A stretch of 64,000 nt of DNA from Cyanophora paradoxa CCMP329 (GCA_004431415.1 QPMI01000402.1:1-64000), one strand, 5' to 3'; positions 26,067 through 37,937 are shown, counted from the stretch's first letter. Notes: a model not told the origin generated them from the sequence alone. Made by a program: numbers and translations.

Positions 26067-26905
26067 ATACGATGCGGGAATGGCGTCTTGATCCCGTAAT
26101 ACCGGTGTTGACCTGCACGCGCAGGGCCGCCGGTGCACGCTCCGTCGCCCTCTTCGGCCGACCGCGGCGCGCCGCCGTCGTCGGCAACCGTTTCCGCGGG
26201 TCCGTTTGCGTTGCGGAATGATGCTCGGAGGGTTGATTTACGCCCGAATGCAGGGGCCGATACCACCAAAGCCGGCGCGGCAAACGTTGGTCGCCCGCGG
26301 GAGCCCGAGGCGACGTCGCAGGCCGCCGGTGCGCGTAAATGAATGAACCGCGCGCGAGGCGCGCGTGGAGGCGCCCACCGACCGATCCTGCAGTCGCGGT
26401 CGCGGTGCCGGCCGCGGCGCCGGCCGCTCCATCGCCCCAGGCACCGAGTCCCGCGCCCGCTGTGCGACCCGCCGAGGCGGCCTCTGCCCCTGGTAAATAC
26501 GATGCGGGAATGGCGTCTTGATCCCGTTTATATACGTAATACCGGCGTTGACCTGCACGCGCAGGGCCGCCGCCGCAGGCGTCGCCCGCTCCGTCACCCT
26601 CTCCGGCCGACCGCGGCGCGCCGCCGTCGTCGGCGACCGTTTCCGCGGGTCCGTTTGCGTTGCAGACGAATACTCGGAGGGTTGATTTCCGCCCGAATGC
26701 AGGGGCCGATACCACCAAAGCCGGCGCGGCAAACGTTGGTCGCCCGCAGGAGCCCGAGGCGACGTCGCAGGCCGCCGGTGCGCGTAAATGAATAAAACGC
26801 GCTCAAGGCGCGCGTGGAGGCGCCCACCGACGGATCCTGCAGTTGCGGTCGCGGTGCCGGCCGCGGCGCCGGCCGCTCCATCGCCCCAGGCACCGAGTCC
26901 CGCGC
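26030..26905. repeat. Tandem duplication, two copies of ~430-447 bp
   Basis: GGTAAATACGATGCGGGAATGGCGTCTTGATCCCGT at ~26062 and ~26492, with high identity continuing to GCACCGAGTCCCGCGCC at ~26441 and ~26890. Confidence 0.9.
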
Positions 26906-26967
26906 CGGCGGCGGCGACGGCGACCACGCGTGCGCGCCCGCCCCCCACACCGTTCCGTTGTTCCAAG

Positions 26968-27663
26968 ATGCGCGCAACGTTCCGTTTACACGTCCACGAT
27001 TGCCGTGCAGAACCCACTTCGGTCGCGGCGGAGATTAATAACTCGAATATCGATTTCTTCCGCTCCTGGACGCGGCAAATGTTCGCGGCGAGGCGCGATA
27101 TACTGCTTCTCGCGGTGCAGCTCGGAACACCCGCGTTCCTCGCAGAGCTCCTGTCGCTCGAAGCGTTTACATCAACAATCGAAAAGGATGATGTGTGGCT
27201 CGCCATGCATTCGCACCTGCGTTTCATGCTCGTGATCCAGCGCGAGGAGATTGGCGATCAACAGGACCGCGCGATTCCCAAAGAGATGTACGAGAAGCTA
27301 CAAGTGCTCCTGAAATCAAGCGTCGTACCGTACGTGGACCACCTCTGCGCGGCGCTCATCGGCCGCCTCCACAACTCCGATTTCAAGGCCTACAAAATGC
27401 TCCTTGCGTCCAAGAAGTTCAGCGTTTGGTGCCTCGTCTGCTCGCAGTTCGACGACAAGGGCCCCGTCGTGGTCGACTCGACGTCGTTCCGAGCGGGAAA
27501 TCACGGATGGCGCACTCAGATTTGCAATTACGTGTGGGGTGGGTGGGCACGGGAAGCCAACCATGCCGATCTTCAAACCCATCACGGGGACTGTGGTCGG
27601 CGTCCGATCGGCTATTGCGCAGAGTGTTTTATCGATCGAGTGGTATGTTACCGGATGTTGTGA
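26968..27663 (+). CDS. Hypothetical protein
   Basis: Normal amino-acid composition from MRATFRLHVHDC onward, with a Cys-rich C-terminus. Confidence 0.55.
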   Translation: MRATFRLHVHDCRAEPTSVAAEINNSNIDFFRSWTRQMFAARRDILLLAVQLGTPAFLAELLSLEAFTSTIEKDDVWLAMHSHLRFMLVIQREEIGDQQDRAIPKEMYEKLQVLLKSSVVPYVDHLCAALIGRLHNSDFKAYKMLLASKKFSVWCLVCSQFDDKGPVVVDSTSFRAGNHGWRTQICNYVWGGWAREANHADLQTHHGDCGRRPIGYCAECFIDRVVCYRML

Positions 27664-28093
27664 TACTTATACTGTAAACGCTTTACGAAACCTCTCCGCA
27701 GAAGGAACGTCAGAAGACGGAGCGTCGTGTAGCACTTGGCACTTCCAATTGCCAGTCGAGTTGCAGCTCCAAGCGATCCGGGGGTGACGTGAATGGGGAG
27801 CCTAAACCTTTCCTCAAAGGTACCATCAAAACCTACCCGCCTCGAATCAACAACCGGCGCGATTGTCTTGATCGGCTCGGGCTGGACAAGGAGATCATCG
27901 ATGTGCGTTCTTCCCTCACGCAACCCCCCCCCGAACTGCATTGCTCGCTCACGCCGCATAGGTCTGCATGTACTGCAACGAAGGTATCCACGAGAACGGA
28001 TGCCATCCGTCACAAGCCTTGGAAAACGATCCCGGACCCCGGCGAGAGTATGCACAGTTGTTTTGGTGAGCATTCGTCGCCCCGCGTTGCGGA

Positions 28094-28914
28094 GTGTGCC
28101 CGTGTTTACCGTCGTGTCCGCGCAGCAATGCGCGGATCGTTTGCGAGGAACTCCCTTCCATCGAGATTGCGCACATGCATGCCGAAGGACGCTTCCACTA
28201 CAGGTGCTACCTCGAACAGCGCGGTATCGCGTTCCAGGACGACGCGGCGCCCGCCCTGGAGTTTATTGAGAGGTACTGGGACGTGCGCTGCATACAGCAC
28301 GGCGATACAGCAATCCCGCTCGTTCGCATCAAGTTCTCGGACTGCTTGGGAAACGACCCCAATCGAGCGAACCAGCTCGAGATCCTGAACCGTCACCCCG
28401 ACGAGGAGTGTCGGGCCCTGGTTCCCGGAAACGTCCCCAAGGAGGCTCTGATGTACCAATGGTGGGTCGCGTGTTTACTCGGTTTGGTTCGCGTGGGCGT
28501 ACAGCTGACGCCCCCGCCTTCCTTGTATCTCGCAGCAACCGCGTTTATTGTGGCATTCTCCTTTGCGACAACTGCCGGAAAACCTACGTTCGTCATCAAG
28601 CCGACGTGGCCGCGTACCGAGAGTACCTGCGCATTCGACTGCCCGGTCAGAACCCGCGAATGAAGCCGACGTTTACGGAGGCGCAGCTCCAAAAGTACAA
28701 GAACGCCTTTCGGAACTATCTGCCGTGCCCGTGGCACCGCATGCACTTCGGCTGGAGGGATCGGATCAACGCCCGCTCGCTCACCAAGTCCGAGGAGATC
28801 GAGCGGCAGCCCTTGCTCATCCCGATCGCGCCGGAGCGCTGCGACTACGGCTCCGCGGAGAACGATGATCAGGTTCGCTCTTTTACAACCCGTGCACCCA
28901 ATGGCTCCGCCTAA
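28094..28914 (+). CDS. Hypothetical protein, probably spliced; 5' end uncertain
   Basis: ORF 28094 (..KEALMYQW) joins ORF 28408 (NRVYCGILLCDNCRKTY..) across GTGGGT..CGCAG at ~28463-28535. Confidence 0.45.
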
Positions 28915-29813
28915 ACGCCTCGGCACGTCCTCGCAGGCCTACAATTACCACACGACGCGTAGGACGTCGACGCGCGTGGGGTCCCACGCGACCTCTGGCT
29001 TTGCGGTCTCCTACGTGGACGAGGATCACGGGGCGAATCCGGAGGGCGTCGCGGACGCCGGAGCGTCGTCGTCCTCGGCGCAGCCGCAGCCGCCGGCGCT
29101 CTCCGGATCCTCGCGGCGACGCCCTGGCCCGGACCTGGGTCCGGTACTGCCTCGGAGAACCCGGTGCGCAGACGTTCTCGATGAACCGAGTCGCTCGCGC
29201 TGATCCGTTACGGCAGGCAGAGAACGGCCTACGGCCCGCTCGCGGAAGGGCATCCCGAGATCCTCGCAATGTTGGGCGTGCGTTTCGCTCGACGACGCTC
29301 CTTTCACTATCAGGCGAGATGAACACCCCTCAGGGCGGCGACACGAGGGTGCGGTTCCGGGAGCGGCTCGCTCAACTGCCCCGGGGGCGCAACATGCACC
29401 GCGTGGCCGAAGCCCGGGCCCTTGAGGCCGGGGCCGAAATCGACCTCTCCGAGGAGGACCCGAACGATGACTCGGATTACGAAGCGCCCGCGCCGCGACG
29501 CAAGCGGGCAAAGCCCGCCCCAGAGGCGGCCGAGGCGGCCGCCGGCGCGGCGACGGCGGCGGCGGTCGCGACGGAAGCGGCGGCGGCGGCGACGGCGACG
29601 GTGCAGGAGCAGGTCGGAACGAGCTCGGGCGCGCCGGTCGCAAACAGCGCGCGCCCGCCGCTGGACGAGCTCGTGCGGGTCCGTTTACGCGCCCGGCGCG
29701 CAGCACTCTCCTCTTCTAAGGGCGCGTTGACGTTGCAGGGCATGTCTCCGGAAGAGCTGGACCGTCTTCGCCGGTTGATGCAGCAGAGAGAGGGTGAATT
29801 GAAGCGGTCGTGA
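28901..29813 (+). CDS. Hypothetical protein, probably spliced
   Basis: MAPPKRLG start, acidic patch and NLS-like PRRKRAK, coiled-coil end. Frame changes at GT..CAG segments. Confidence 0.4.
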
Positions 29814-30057
29814 GGCCGAAATAGTGAATTGATCGATTTGTTGGGTTGTTGTCGAAAAAGTATTGCGTGTGCACGTGATTGTGATTGCGATCGAAGGGTG
29901 CGGGGTATCGATGGGCACGGGTCCCGGCGCACATTGTACATTGGCACATTGTAAACGTGGGTGCGGTCCGCGGCGCGTAAATCTAGTTTTAGACGCTCAA
30001 AGCCAACCTATAGATACGACGTGGCAAAAGTACTAAGAGGGTCGCCGTCGTGGTCGT

Positions 30058-30727
30058 CTACTCGCCGTCTTCCTCTTCCGCGCCGTCGCCTTCCGCCTCG
30101 GCCTCGGCGAGCAGGTCGTCCGGGATCGACATTCCCTCTGGGACCTCGTCCTCGAGCCGCTGCCGCACCTCCTCCAACCCCTTGGCGTCGACACGGAGGA
30201 GCAGGGGCACAAAGTTGACAAAGTCGTGCGCGTGGGCCGCGCCGGTGACCCGCGCGAGGCCGGGGAAGCGCCGCAGGGTCGACGCGAGGTGGCGGAGCTC
30301 GAGGTAGGTTCGCGCTTTCATCGTCGACTCGTCGGTGCGGAATCCGCAGCTGCGCAGCGCGTCGTCGTAGCGCGGATCCACGTTGATCTGTGTGTGGGGC
30401 GCGCGAGAACATGAGGGGCGCGGGCCCACACGCGCGCGCGCGGGGAACGCACCGCCCTGAAGAGCCCCCACGTGCGCCGGCTCTTGCTGTACCGCGCGAC
30501 GAAGCGCTCGTAAATGCCGAGCACGGCGCACGCGATCAGCAGTATGGCCCGTAGGCGTCCCACGCCGGCGTCGTTTGCGTAGCGCGCGAGCTCGGCCCGC
30601 GCCTCGGCGCTCGCGTCGAGCCCGAGCCCGACGAGGACGGGGGAGACCCCGCCCTCCATGCCGCGGAACATGGCGTCCAGGCTGCACGCGTCGACGCTCG
30701 CCTCGCTCCCGGCGGGGGCTTTGCCCT

Positions 30728-30760
<33 letters not shown>

Positions 30761-32189
30761 CATCGCGTTCGTCCTCGGCGAGCCGCCCGAGCTCCTGGGC
30801 CCACCGCCGGCGCTGCTCCACCTCCCACGCGTCGTCGCTGTCGTCGCCGCCGTCGCTCGCGCCCTCTTGCGAGCCCGGCTCGCCGTCGCGGGGCGCGGAA
30901 GAGGCGTCGTCGGCCGCCGCGTCGTCGTGGTCTTTGTCGTCGTCGTCGTCGTTGGCGACGGCGTATGCCGCGACGAGCGTCTGCGGGGCGGGGGCGGGTT
31001 GGTGGGGGCGGGCTTGACGGGCAATGGGCGGGTCGGGGGTGGGTGGGAGTGGGTGTGGGGAGGCCGTACCCGCACGAGCTTGTCGCTGCGCCATGGTTTA
31101 CGGTCGTCCGAGGGCGCGCTCCACTTGCTCCGCTTGCGCTTCGGCCGGCTGCTGGGGCCCGCCGATGGGTCGTCTTCGTTGCGTTCAGAGTCGCTCGGGC
31201 TCTCGGTGGCGGCGGCGGCGGCGGTTCGTGCACGGCGGGGGCGGTCCTTGGTGACATTTTCGGGTTCGCTCTCGTCCTCGAGCTCGTCGCGTTCCTCGGA
31301 GGGCGCGCGCGCCGCGGCCGGCGCGGGTGCGTGCGCCGATCCCGCGCGGCGCTTGCCCTTTTTGGACGCGCTGTGCTGGGATTCCGTTTTGCCGGGCGGC
31401 GCGGTAGGGGGGGCTGCGGCGGCGGAGGACGACGACGCGGCGATGGCGGCGGGGGCGGGGGCCGAGGTGGGTCGGGGCGGGGGCGGGGGCGGGGCCGGGA
31501 GCGGGGGCGGCGATGGGCGCGGGCGGCGCTGCGGGAAGCGCCGCGACGAGCCGTGCGCCCGCGTCCCGGGCCGAGGCGAGAAGAGCGCGCCCCGACGCCT
31601 CGCCCTCCGTCCACGCCCGCGGATCGGATGCGTTGGCGATGTAGCCCACGTAGGCCGCGTACGCGTCGAGACGGCTGCAGGGAACGAGCTTTGCGTGGTC
31701 GCATCCGGGCGCGGTGCAGGCCGCCGTCGGTGCCGCGGCGAGCTCTGCGCCGGCGGACGATCCTGGCTCGGGCAGCGCGTGCGCCTCGGGTGACTGGACG
31801 GCCCCGCCCGAGGCGAGGTGCAGGGCGCAGGAGGTGCACGCGATGCGCCCCTCGCGGAGCACGTTGGCGGCCGCGCGCGGGTGGGCGTCGACGGCCTCGG
31901 CGATGCTCCGAGCGCCGGTCCGCTCCAGGAGCGCGGCGGCCGTGCACGGGTAAACGAAGAGCGGCGGCGTCGGCTGGGCGCGCCCGCAGCGCGTGCAGCG
32001 GTGCTGGAAACTGATCATCTCGTGCCGCCACTCGGCAAAGTATCCCGGGAGCGCCACCCGGCTCGGGCGGGACTCGATCTCCGGGGGAGGGACGGGTGGC
32101 TCGCCCGAGGCTCCGTTTGCGGGTGCGGATTCGGCGCCGGTGCCCGCAGGTGCGGCGGCGGCTGCCCCTGCGGCTTCCGGAGGGGTCAT
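30058..32189 (-). CDS. Spliced hypothetical protein with CxxC pairs and acidic regions
   Basis: HRCTRCG..IACTSC exon, acidic exon (NDDDDDKDHDD) and terminal exon INVDPRYDDALRSCGF..EEEDGE. Confidence 0.5.
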
Positions 32190-32279
32190 AATTGGAGGAT
32201 CGTTGCACACGAGCGCGTAAACGGCCGGAGCGCATGTCTTTATGCATCTTGGTGATTTATTGATATTCTAGTAGATGTG

Positions 32280-32935
32280 AGCGCCGCTGCCGCCGCGGAT
32301 ACGGGGCGGGCAGGACCCCTCGGGGTGGCTGGTGAGAGCGGCCCGCCGGCGCCGCCGCGGATACGGGGCGGGCGGGACCCCTCGGGGTGGCTGGTGAGAG
32401 CGGCCCGCCGGCGCCGCCGCGGATACGGGGCGGGCGGGACCCCTCGGGGTGGCTGGTGAGAGCGGCCCGCCGGCGCCGCCGCGGATACGGGGCGGGCGGG
32501 ACCCCTCGGGGTGGCTGGTGAGAGCGGCCCGCCGGCGCCGCCGCGGATACGGGGCGGGCGGGACCCCTCGGGGTGGCTGGTGAGAGCGGCCCGCCGGCGC
32601 CGCCGCGGATACGGGGCGGGCGGGACCCCTCGGGGTGGCTGGTGAGAGCGGCCCGCCGGCGCCGCCGCGGATACGGGGCGGGCGGACCCTCGGGGTGGCT
32701 GGTGAGAGCGGCCCGCCGGCGCCGCCGCGGATACGGGGCGGGCGGGACCCCTCGGGTGGCTGGTGAGAGCGGCCCGCCGGCGCCGCCGCGGATACGGGGC
32801 GGGCGGGACCCCTCGGGGTGGCTGGTGAGAGCGGCCCGCCGGCGCCGCCGCGGATACGGGGCGGGCGGGACCCCTCGGGGTGGCTGGTGAGAGCGGCCCG
32901 CCGGCGCCGCCGCGGATACGGGGCGGGCGGGACCT
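32280..32935. repeat. Tandem array of ~10.5 x 62-bp GC-rich units
   Basis: GGTGAGAGCG recurs at 32331, 32393, 32455, 32517, 32579, 32641, 32701, 32762, 32824 and 32886. Confidence 0.97.
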
Positions 32936-33304
32936 CATAGGGTTCTGGGCTTTGTTCGGTGCCACTAGAAGATGGCGAACTGATACTAGCTATCCTAGAT
33001 GGTGAACTGATACTAGCTATCCTAGATGGCGAACTAGAAGAAGATGGCGAAGATCCTAGTTCTTCGTGTACATGCCCGACTACAGGTAATCTGATATGTT
33101 CCTTGTTCTCCTAAGTGTATCATGGTATCCTAGAGATGTAAATATATACAATTCTAAAGATCTTATCAGTAACGCGAGTCGCCGACATGAAGACGTACGA
33201 AACTTTGAATACTTAGAATTTTATCATACCAACTGGAAATAGTACACGTTTCTCCAATCAGATAGAAATTACATAGATCGGAGCCAGACAACCAACCGCG
33301 CACA

Positions 33305-34135
33305 TCGCTCTCATCAACTTCCCGAGGGGTCCCCCGGGCCTCTACTGCGCGGCGCCGACGACACGACCTCGCTCCCGTCAGCAACGAAGCGCCCCCTGCC
33401 GCCGCCCCGCCCACGCGTTGCCGCGGGGCGGCCCGGCTCTCATCAACTTCCCGAGGGGTCCCCCGGGCCTCTACTGCGCGGCGCCGACGACACGACCTCG
33501 CTCCCGTCAGCAACGAAGCGCACCCTGCCGCCGCCCCGCCCGCGCGTCGCCGCGGGGCGGCCCGGCTCTCATCAACTTCCCGAGGGGTCCCCCGGGCCTC
33601 TACTGCGCGGCGCCGACGACACGACCTCGCTCCCGTCAGCAACGAAGCGCCCCCTGCCGCCGCCCCGCCCGCGCGTCGCCGCGGGGCGGCCCGGCTCTCA
33701 TCAACTTCCCGAGGGGTCCCCCGGGCCTCTACTGCGCGGCGCCGACGACACGACCTCGCTCCCGTCAGCAACGAAGCGCCCCCTGCCGCCGCCCCGCCCG
33801 CGCGTCGCCGCGGGGCGGCCCGGCTCTCATCAACTTCCCGAGGGGTCCCCCGGGCCTCTACTGCGCGGCGCCGACGACACGACCTCGCTCCCGTCAGCAA
33901 CGAAGCGCCCCCTGCCGCCGCCCCGCCCGCGCGTCGCCGCGGGGCGGCCCGGCTCTCATCAACTTCCCGAGGGGTCCCCCGGGCCTCCTATTGCGCGCCG
34001 GCGGCACGGGCTAGCTCCCTTCAGCGACGACGCGGCCTCTGCCGCCGCCCCGTCCACGCGCCGCGGCGGGGCGGCCCGGCTCTCATCAACTTCCCGAGGG
34101 GTCCCCCGGGCCTCTACTGCGCGGCGCCGACGGCG
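33305..34135. repeat. Tandem array of ~6.5 x 129-bp units
   Basis: TCATCAACTTCCCGAGGGGTCCCCCGGG recurs at ~33311, 33440, 33569, 33698, 33827, 33956 and 34083. The last unit is diverged. Confidence 0.97.
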
Positions 34136-34258
34136 CGGGCTCTCTCTAATAAACAACACCGACGCTCAAGTGGTTACACAGGTTTAATTTAATTTACTAC
34201 AACCGCTAGGCCGCATTTACAAAATGAGAAACAAACGATTCCACGCACATTGCCCCAT

Positions 34259-37200
34259 TTACGGGTCGCTCAAAATGCCCATCCGAACCAGTTCCGCCCC
34301 ACCGTCCCACTCCGTTTCGCGGGGAAGCGTCGTGCGGAGCGGCACGCCGTCGAGCAGGTGCCGCAGTATCCCCTGGTACGCCGGACGGTGCAAAAAGTTC
34401 CGGTTCTCGCCGCCCGAGTGGAGCTCGAACAGAATGCGCCGCCGCTGTTCCTCGTCAAGCGGAATCGGGCCGCACCGCGGGACCGTTGCGCCGATGGCCA
34501 TCGCGTCCGCAGCCCACGCTGCGCGCAGCGTCTCGCGGGCCTCCATTTCGAGCCGACTGCGAAAGCGCTCAAAGAGGGCGGGGCGGGCGGCCGCCGAGAG
34601 CCCGACCACTTCCTCGCCCCCGTCACGATCGTACGTCTCGTCTATAACGTCCTCGCTCTCCATCCGCATCCAGCTACCCCTCCCGCCGTTGCTGCGAATC
34701 CGCACGCGTAGATCGCGAGGCGCGGCGGCCTGAACATACTCCAGAATCCCTCCGGCGAGCCGATTCGTCTTGCGCTTCCGCTCCGACGCGATCCGGCTCT
34801 CGGTGATGGTCGACGCGGACGCCGGTGCGGACCGACACCCGTTGTAGTCGGGTCCGTCGTCGCCGTCGACGTCGATCGCTTCGCTTCCCGACCCGGCGCC
34901 GCCGCGGGCGGGTCCGCACGCGCGCTTCGCGGGGCGCTCGTGCGCCCACTCGCCCCCGCACGCCGTCGCCGCGGCAACGCTCTCCGCCACGTCCAGCCTA
35001 TCGTGGTACGGATCGCCGAGGTCCAGCAGGACGCAGCGCAGCACCGCGCACGCATCCGTCGCCAGGCGCGTCGCGTACTCCTGGCGGTCGAGCGCGGGCT
35101 CGCCTGCGCCGCGCACGAGATGGAGCGGCTCCTCGCCGCGCTTGCCGACCTTTTCCCCGTTTACCGCGTCCAGCGTGACCGAGTACGCGTAGCCGCCCGG
35201 CCCGGGCGCGGACCCGTTGACGCGCGCGTCCATCCTCTCCATGAGGTGGAAGATGGGCAGCGCCTCGGACGAGTACCTCTCCAGCACCCGCCCGCCCGTC
35301 GCCGCGTCGATCGAAAACGCGGCTCCGTTGTTTTTTACCGGGACCTGGAGGTCGGCCAGCGAGTAGTAGCCGCCGAGGGCGCGCCACACGCGGTACGCGG
35401 TCTCCTCCAGCGCCTCCCGCAACGCATGAACCGCGTCCCCCGCGCCGAGCAGGGCGCCGATGACGCCGCGCTGGAGCAAGGCCGAGGCGTGGGACGCGCT
35501 CCGCTTGACGGCGTCGAAACCCGTGATCGCCACGCCGCGCTCCTCGACCGCGCCGCCGCCGGGGCCGCAGACGTACTTGACGCCCGCGTAGCCCTTTTTA
35601 CGAGCAATCAGAAACGGCCGAAACGCCTTTTCGACCTCGATGTAAAGGCGAGGGCACCCCGCGCCGCGGTGCGTCTCGTTGACCAGCCGCTGGATCGTCG
35701 CCGCCCGCCGCAACGCCTCCTCCACGGCGATCGCCTCGGCAAAGTGCACAAAGATCGAGTCCGTATCCCCGTAAAGCACCTCCGCGTCCGGGTACGCCCG
35801 CTGAACGCACGACATCGCCGTGCGGAGCGCCTCGCGTCCGCACGCCGTCGTCGATTCGGCGACGGGGCGCGAGGCCAGGGGCCCGCCGCGGCACCCGAAG
35901 ATCCCGTAAATCGAGTTTGCCACGACCTTGATCGCGAGCTGGAGCGCCCCCAGCACCCGCGCCTGGGGGGACGACGGGTCGAGCTCGGCGGCGCGCGCGC
36001 GCACCGCGGCCCGGGACGCCACGAGCGTGGAGACGAGGGCCGGCACGACGCCGCGGGTCTCGTCGGGGTCCCGCCGAAAGACGTGGATCCTCTCGCCCGC
36101 GGCGCAAAAGACGTGCTGGTCTTCCGAGCACAGCACCTCGCGCCCCGCGCGCGCCGCCCGGACGCAGCGCCGGCCGGCGGCGTCGGCCTCGAACACCGCG
36201 CCGGCGCCGACGTAGAGCGAGGGACACAGGCCGTAGGACCGCATGCAGCTCGGGTACAGGCTGCTGTAATCCAGCGTGACGACGGGCGAGGTGTACCTGC
36301 CGATCATCGGCGGGATCACGTGGGCGCCGTCGTACGACCCGTCGCCCCCGTTTACGTCGCCCTTTTCGTCGCCGCCCTCGTCCCCGCGGCCGCCCCCGGC
36401 GAGGGACGCGAGGCTCCGCTCGACGAGGACGGGTGGCCGCCCCTCGGACCTCGCCCTCCCGTAGCGACCGAGGAGCGCCTCGCCGCGCACCGTCGAGCCG
36501 CCGTACTGGATGAGGGAGAGCGGGACGCCCGTCTCCCGGCAGAGGGCAAGCGCGTTGAGGAGCGCCCCGCGCCGGTGCGCGATCCGGAGTACGAGCGACG
36601 CGTTCCGGACGCAGTGCGCGGCGAGCCGGGCGCGGCCCGCCGCGCCGCCCGCGCGAACGAGGGCGGCAATCGTCGAGGGCTCGAGATCCTCGCAGGGCTC
36701 GCCCAGCACGTGCGCCGCGGCGACGCCGAGCCTAGAGTCCACAAAGCCGGCGGCCGCGTCGCCCCGGAGCTCCTCCAGCGCGTCAAAGTGGACGAGGCCG
36801 CCCGCGAGGCGCCGCCCGCATTCGTCGCTGGGGCGGTACCGCCCGGGGCGTTTACCGCGCCACTCGCGCTCGGGAAGCGGCGAGGGGCACGCGTCCTTGC
36901 CGAGGTGGCGGAACCAGTCCCGCGCCGCCGCGCCGCGCCCAAAGAGGTGCTCGGAGCGCCGCGCGAGGAACGGGAGGTCGCGCCCGCTGCTGTTGAAACC
37001 GACCAGCACGTCGGCCTCGGACGCCGCGTTTACGAACCACTCGAGGAGCGCCGCCTCGGCGACGTCGGCGTCGGACTGCGTAAATGCAACGACCTCGCAG
37101 TCTGGGATCGGCGGCGCGCACGCCCCGGCGACGCCCACCTGCCGACGGCGGGGCGACCCATCCCCGCCGAGCTCCGCCAGGACGATGGAGATGAGGACGA

Positions 37201-37873
37201 CGCGGTCCTCGGGCCGCGCGGGATCGGGGACGCGCGCGGCGCCCTCGGCGGCGACGGTCTCGATGGCCAAGTAGGCGACCGTCACGCGCGGCGGCGCGCT
37301 CTCGTACTCGCCGCCCGCCGGCCCCACGCCCGCCGTCGGCGCGCACCACTCGGCCACGCCGGGGCGCGCGCGGCCCTCGCGGCAGGGCGCCGCGCCGCGG
37401 ACGCGGATCCAGGTGCCGGGAGAGGTGCCCGTCGACTCGTGAAACGCGACGTGCTGGCGGGGCTGGTGTCCCATCACGAGCGGGTCGTAGTTGGGGCCGC
37501 GCGCCGCCCTCCAGCGTTGCTGGAGCCCGTCGAAAAGGAAACGGAGCGCCGGCCAGGGCGCGCGCACGTCCCACGCGCTCAGGGGCTCCTCCACGTAGCC
37601 GTGCAGGGGAAAGACGGGCCGGGGCTGCGCGTCCACCCGCGCCCCGCAGCACCGCGCGGCGTCGTCGAGGACGGCGTAGAGGCGTGCGGGGTCCGGGTCC
37701 GCCGGCGCCGGCGCGATGCTGAAGCGAGCGTAAAAGTCGTCCACGTACACGACGACGGCGGCGCCGTCGGGCGTGCGGCCCCAGAGGCGCACCCGGCCGC
37801 GCGCATCGCCTCGGACGTTGGGCGCGCGGATGGTGCAGTAGTCGGTGCTGTAGCAGAAGAGGAGGAGGTCCAT
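34259..37873 (-). CDS. polB: Family B DNA polymerase (delta/viral-like, RNA-primed type)
   Basis: LWGRTPDG N-terminus; YDGAHVIPP; LDYSSLYPSCM; QLAIKVVANSIYGIFG; VLYGDTDSIFV; EVEK..KKGYAG. Likely start MDLLLF at 37873, downstream of TATAAAAG. Intronless. Confidence 0.97.
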   Translation of the reverse strand: MDLLLFCYSTDYCTIRAPNVRGDARGRVRLWGRTPDGAAVVVYVDDFYARFSIAPAPADPDPARLYAVLDDAARCCGARVDAQPRPVFPLHGYVEEPLSAWDVRAPWPALRFLFDGLQQRWRAARGPNYDPLVMGHQPRQHVAFHESTGTSPGTWIRVRGAAPCREGRARPGVAEWCAPTAGVGPAGGEYESAPPRVTVAYLAIETVAAEGAARVPDPARPEDRVVLISIVLAELGGDGSPRRRQVGVAGACAPPIPDCEVVAFTQSDADVAEAALLEWFVNAASEADVLVGFNSSGRDLPFLARRSEHLFGRGAAARDWFRHLGKDACPSPLPEREWRGKRPGRYRPSDECGRRLAGGLVHFDALEELRGDAAAGFVDSRLGVAAAHVLGEPCEDLEPSTIAALVRAGGAAGRARLAAHCVRNASLVLRIAHRRGALLNALALCRETGVPLSLIQYGGSTVRGEALLGRYGRARSEGRPPVLVERSLASLAGGGRGDEGGDEKGDVNGGDGSYDGAHVIPPMIGRYTSPVVTLDYSSLYPSCMRSYGLCPSLYVGAGAVFEADAAGRRCVRAARAGREVLCSEDQHVFCAAGERIHVFRRDPDETRGVVPALVSTLVASRAAVRARAAELDPSSPQARVLGALQLAIKVVANSIYGIFGCRGGPLASRPVAESTTACGREALRTAMSCVQRAYPDAEVLYGDTDSIFVHFAEAIAVEEALRRAATIQRLVNETHRGAGCPRLYIEVEKAFRPFLIARKKGYAGVKYVCGPGGGAVEERGVAITGFDAVKRSASHASALLQRGVIGALLGAGDAVHALREALEETAYRVWRALGGYYSLADLQVPVKNNGAAFSIDAATGGRVLERYSSEALPIFHLMERMDARVNGSAPGPGGYAYSVTLDAVNGEKVGKRGEEPLHLVRGAGEPALDRQEYATRLATDACAVLRCVLLDLGDPYHDRLDVAESVAAATACGGEWAHERPAKRACGPARGGAGSGSEAIDVDGDDGPDYNGCRSAPASASTITESRIASERKRKTNRLAGGILEYVQAAAPRDLRVRIRSNGGRGSWMRMESEDVIDETYDRDGGEEVVGLSAAARPALFERFRSRLEMEARETLRAAWAADAMAIGATVPRCGPIPLDEEQRRRILFELHSGGENRNFLHRPAYQGILRHLLDGVPLRTTLPRETEWDGGAELVRMGILSDP

Positions 37874-37937
37874 GTCGGGGCGGGCGGGGGTCCGCGGGGG
37901 CTGCACGAGCGCAGTAGAGGGGACCGAGGGTGGGGTC

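Noticed and set aside
32968-33052. AAGATGGCG repeats resembling a YY1 site
   Set aside because: YY1 is an animal factor and the host is unknown; the motif is too short to support a call.
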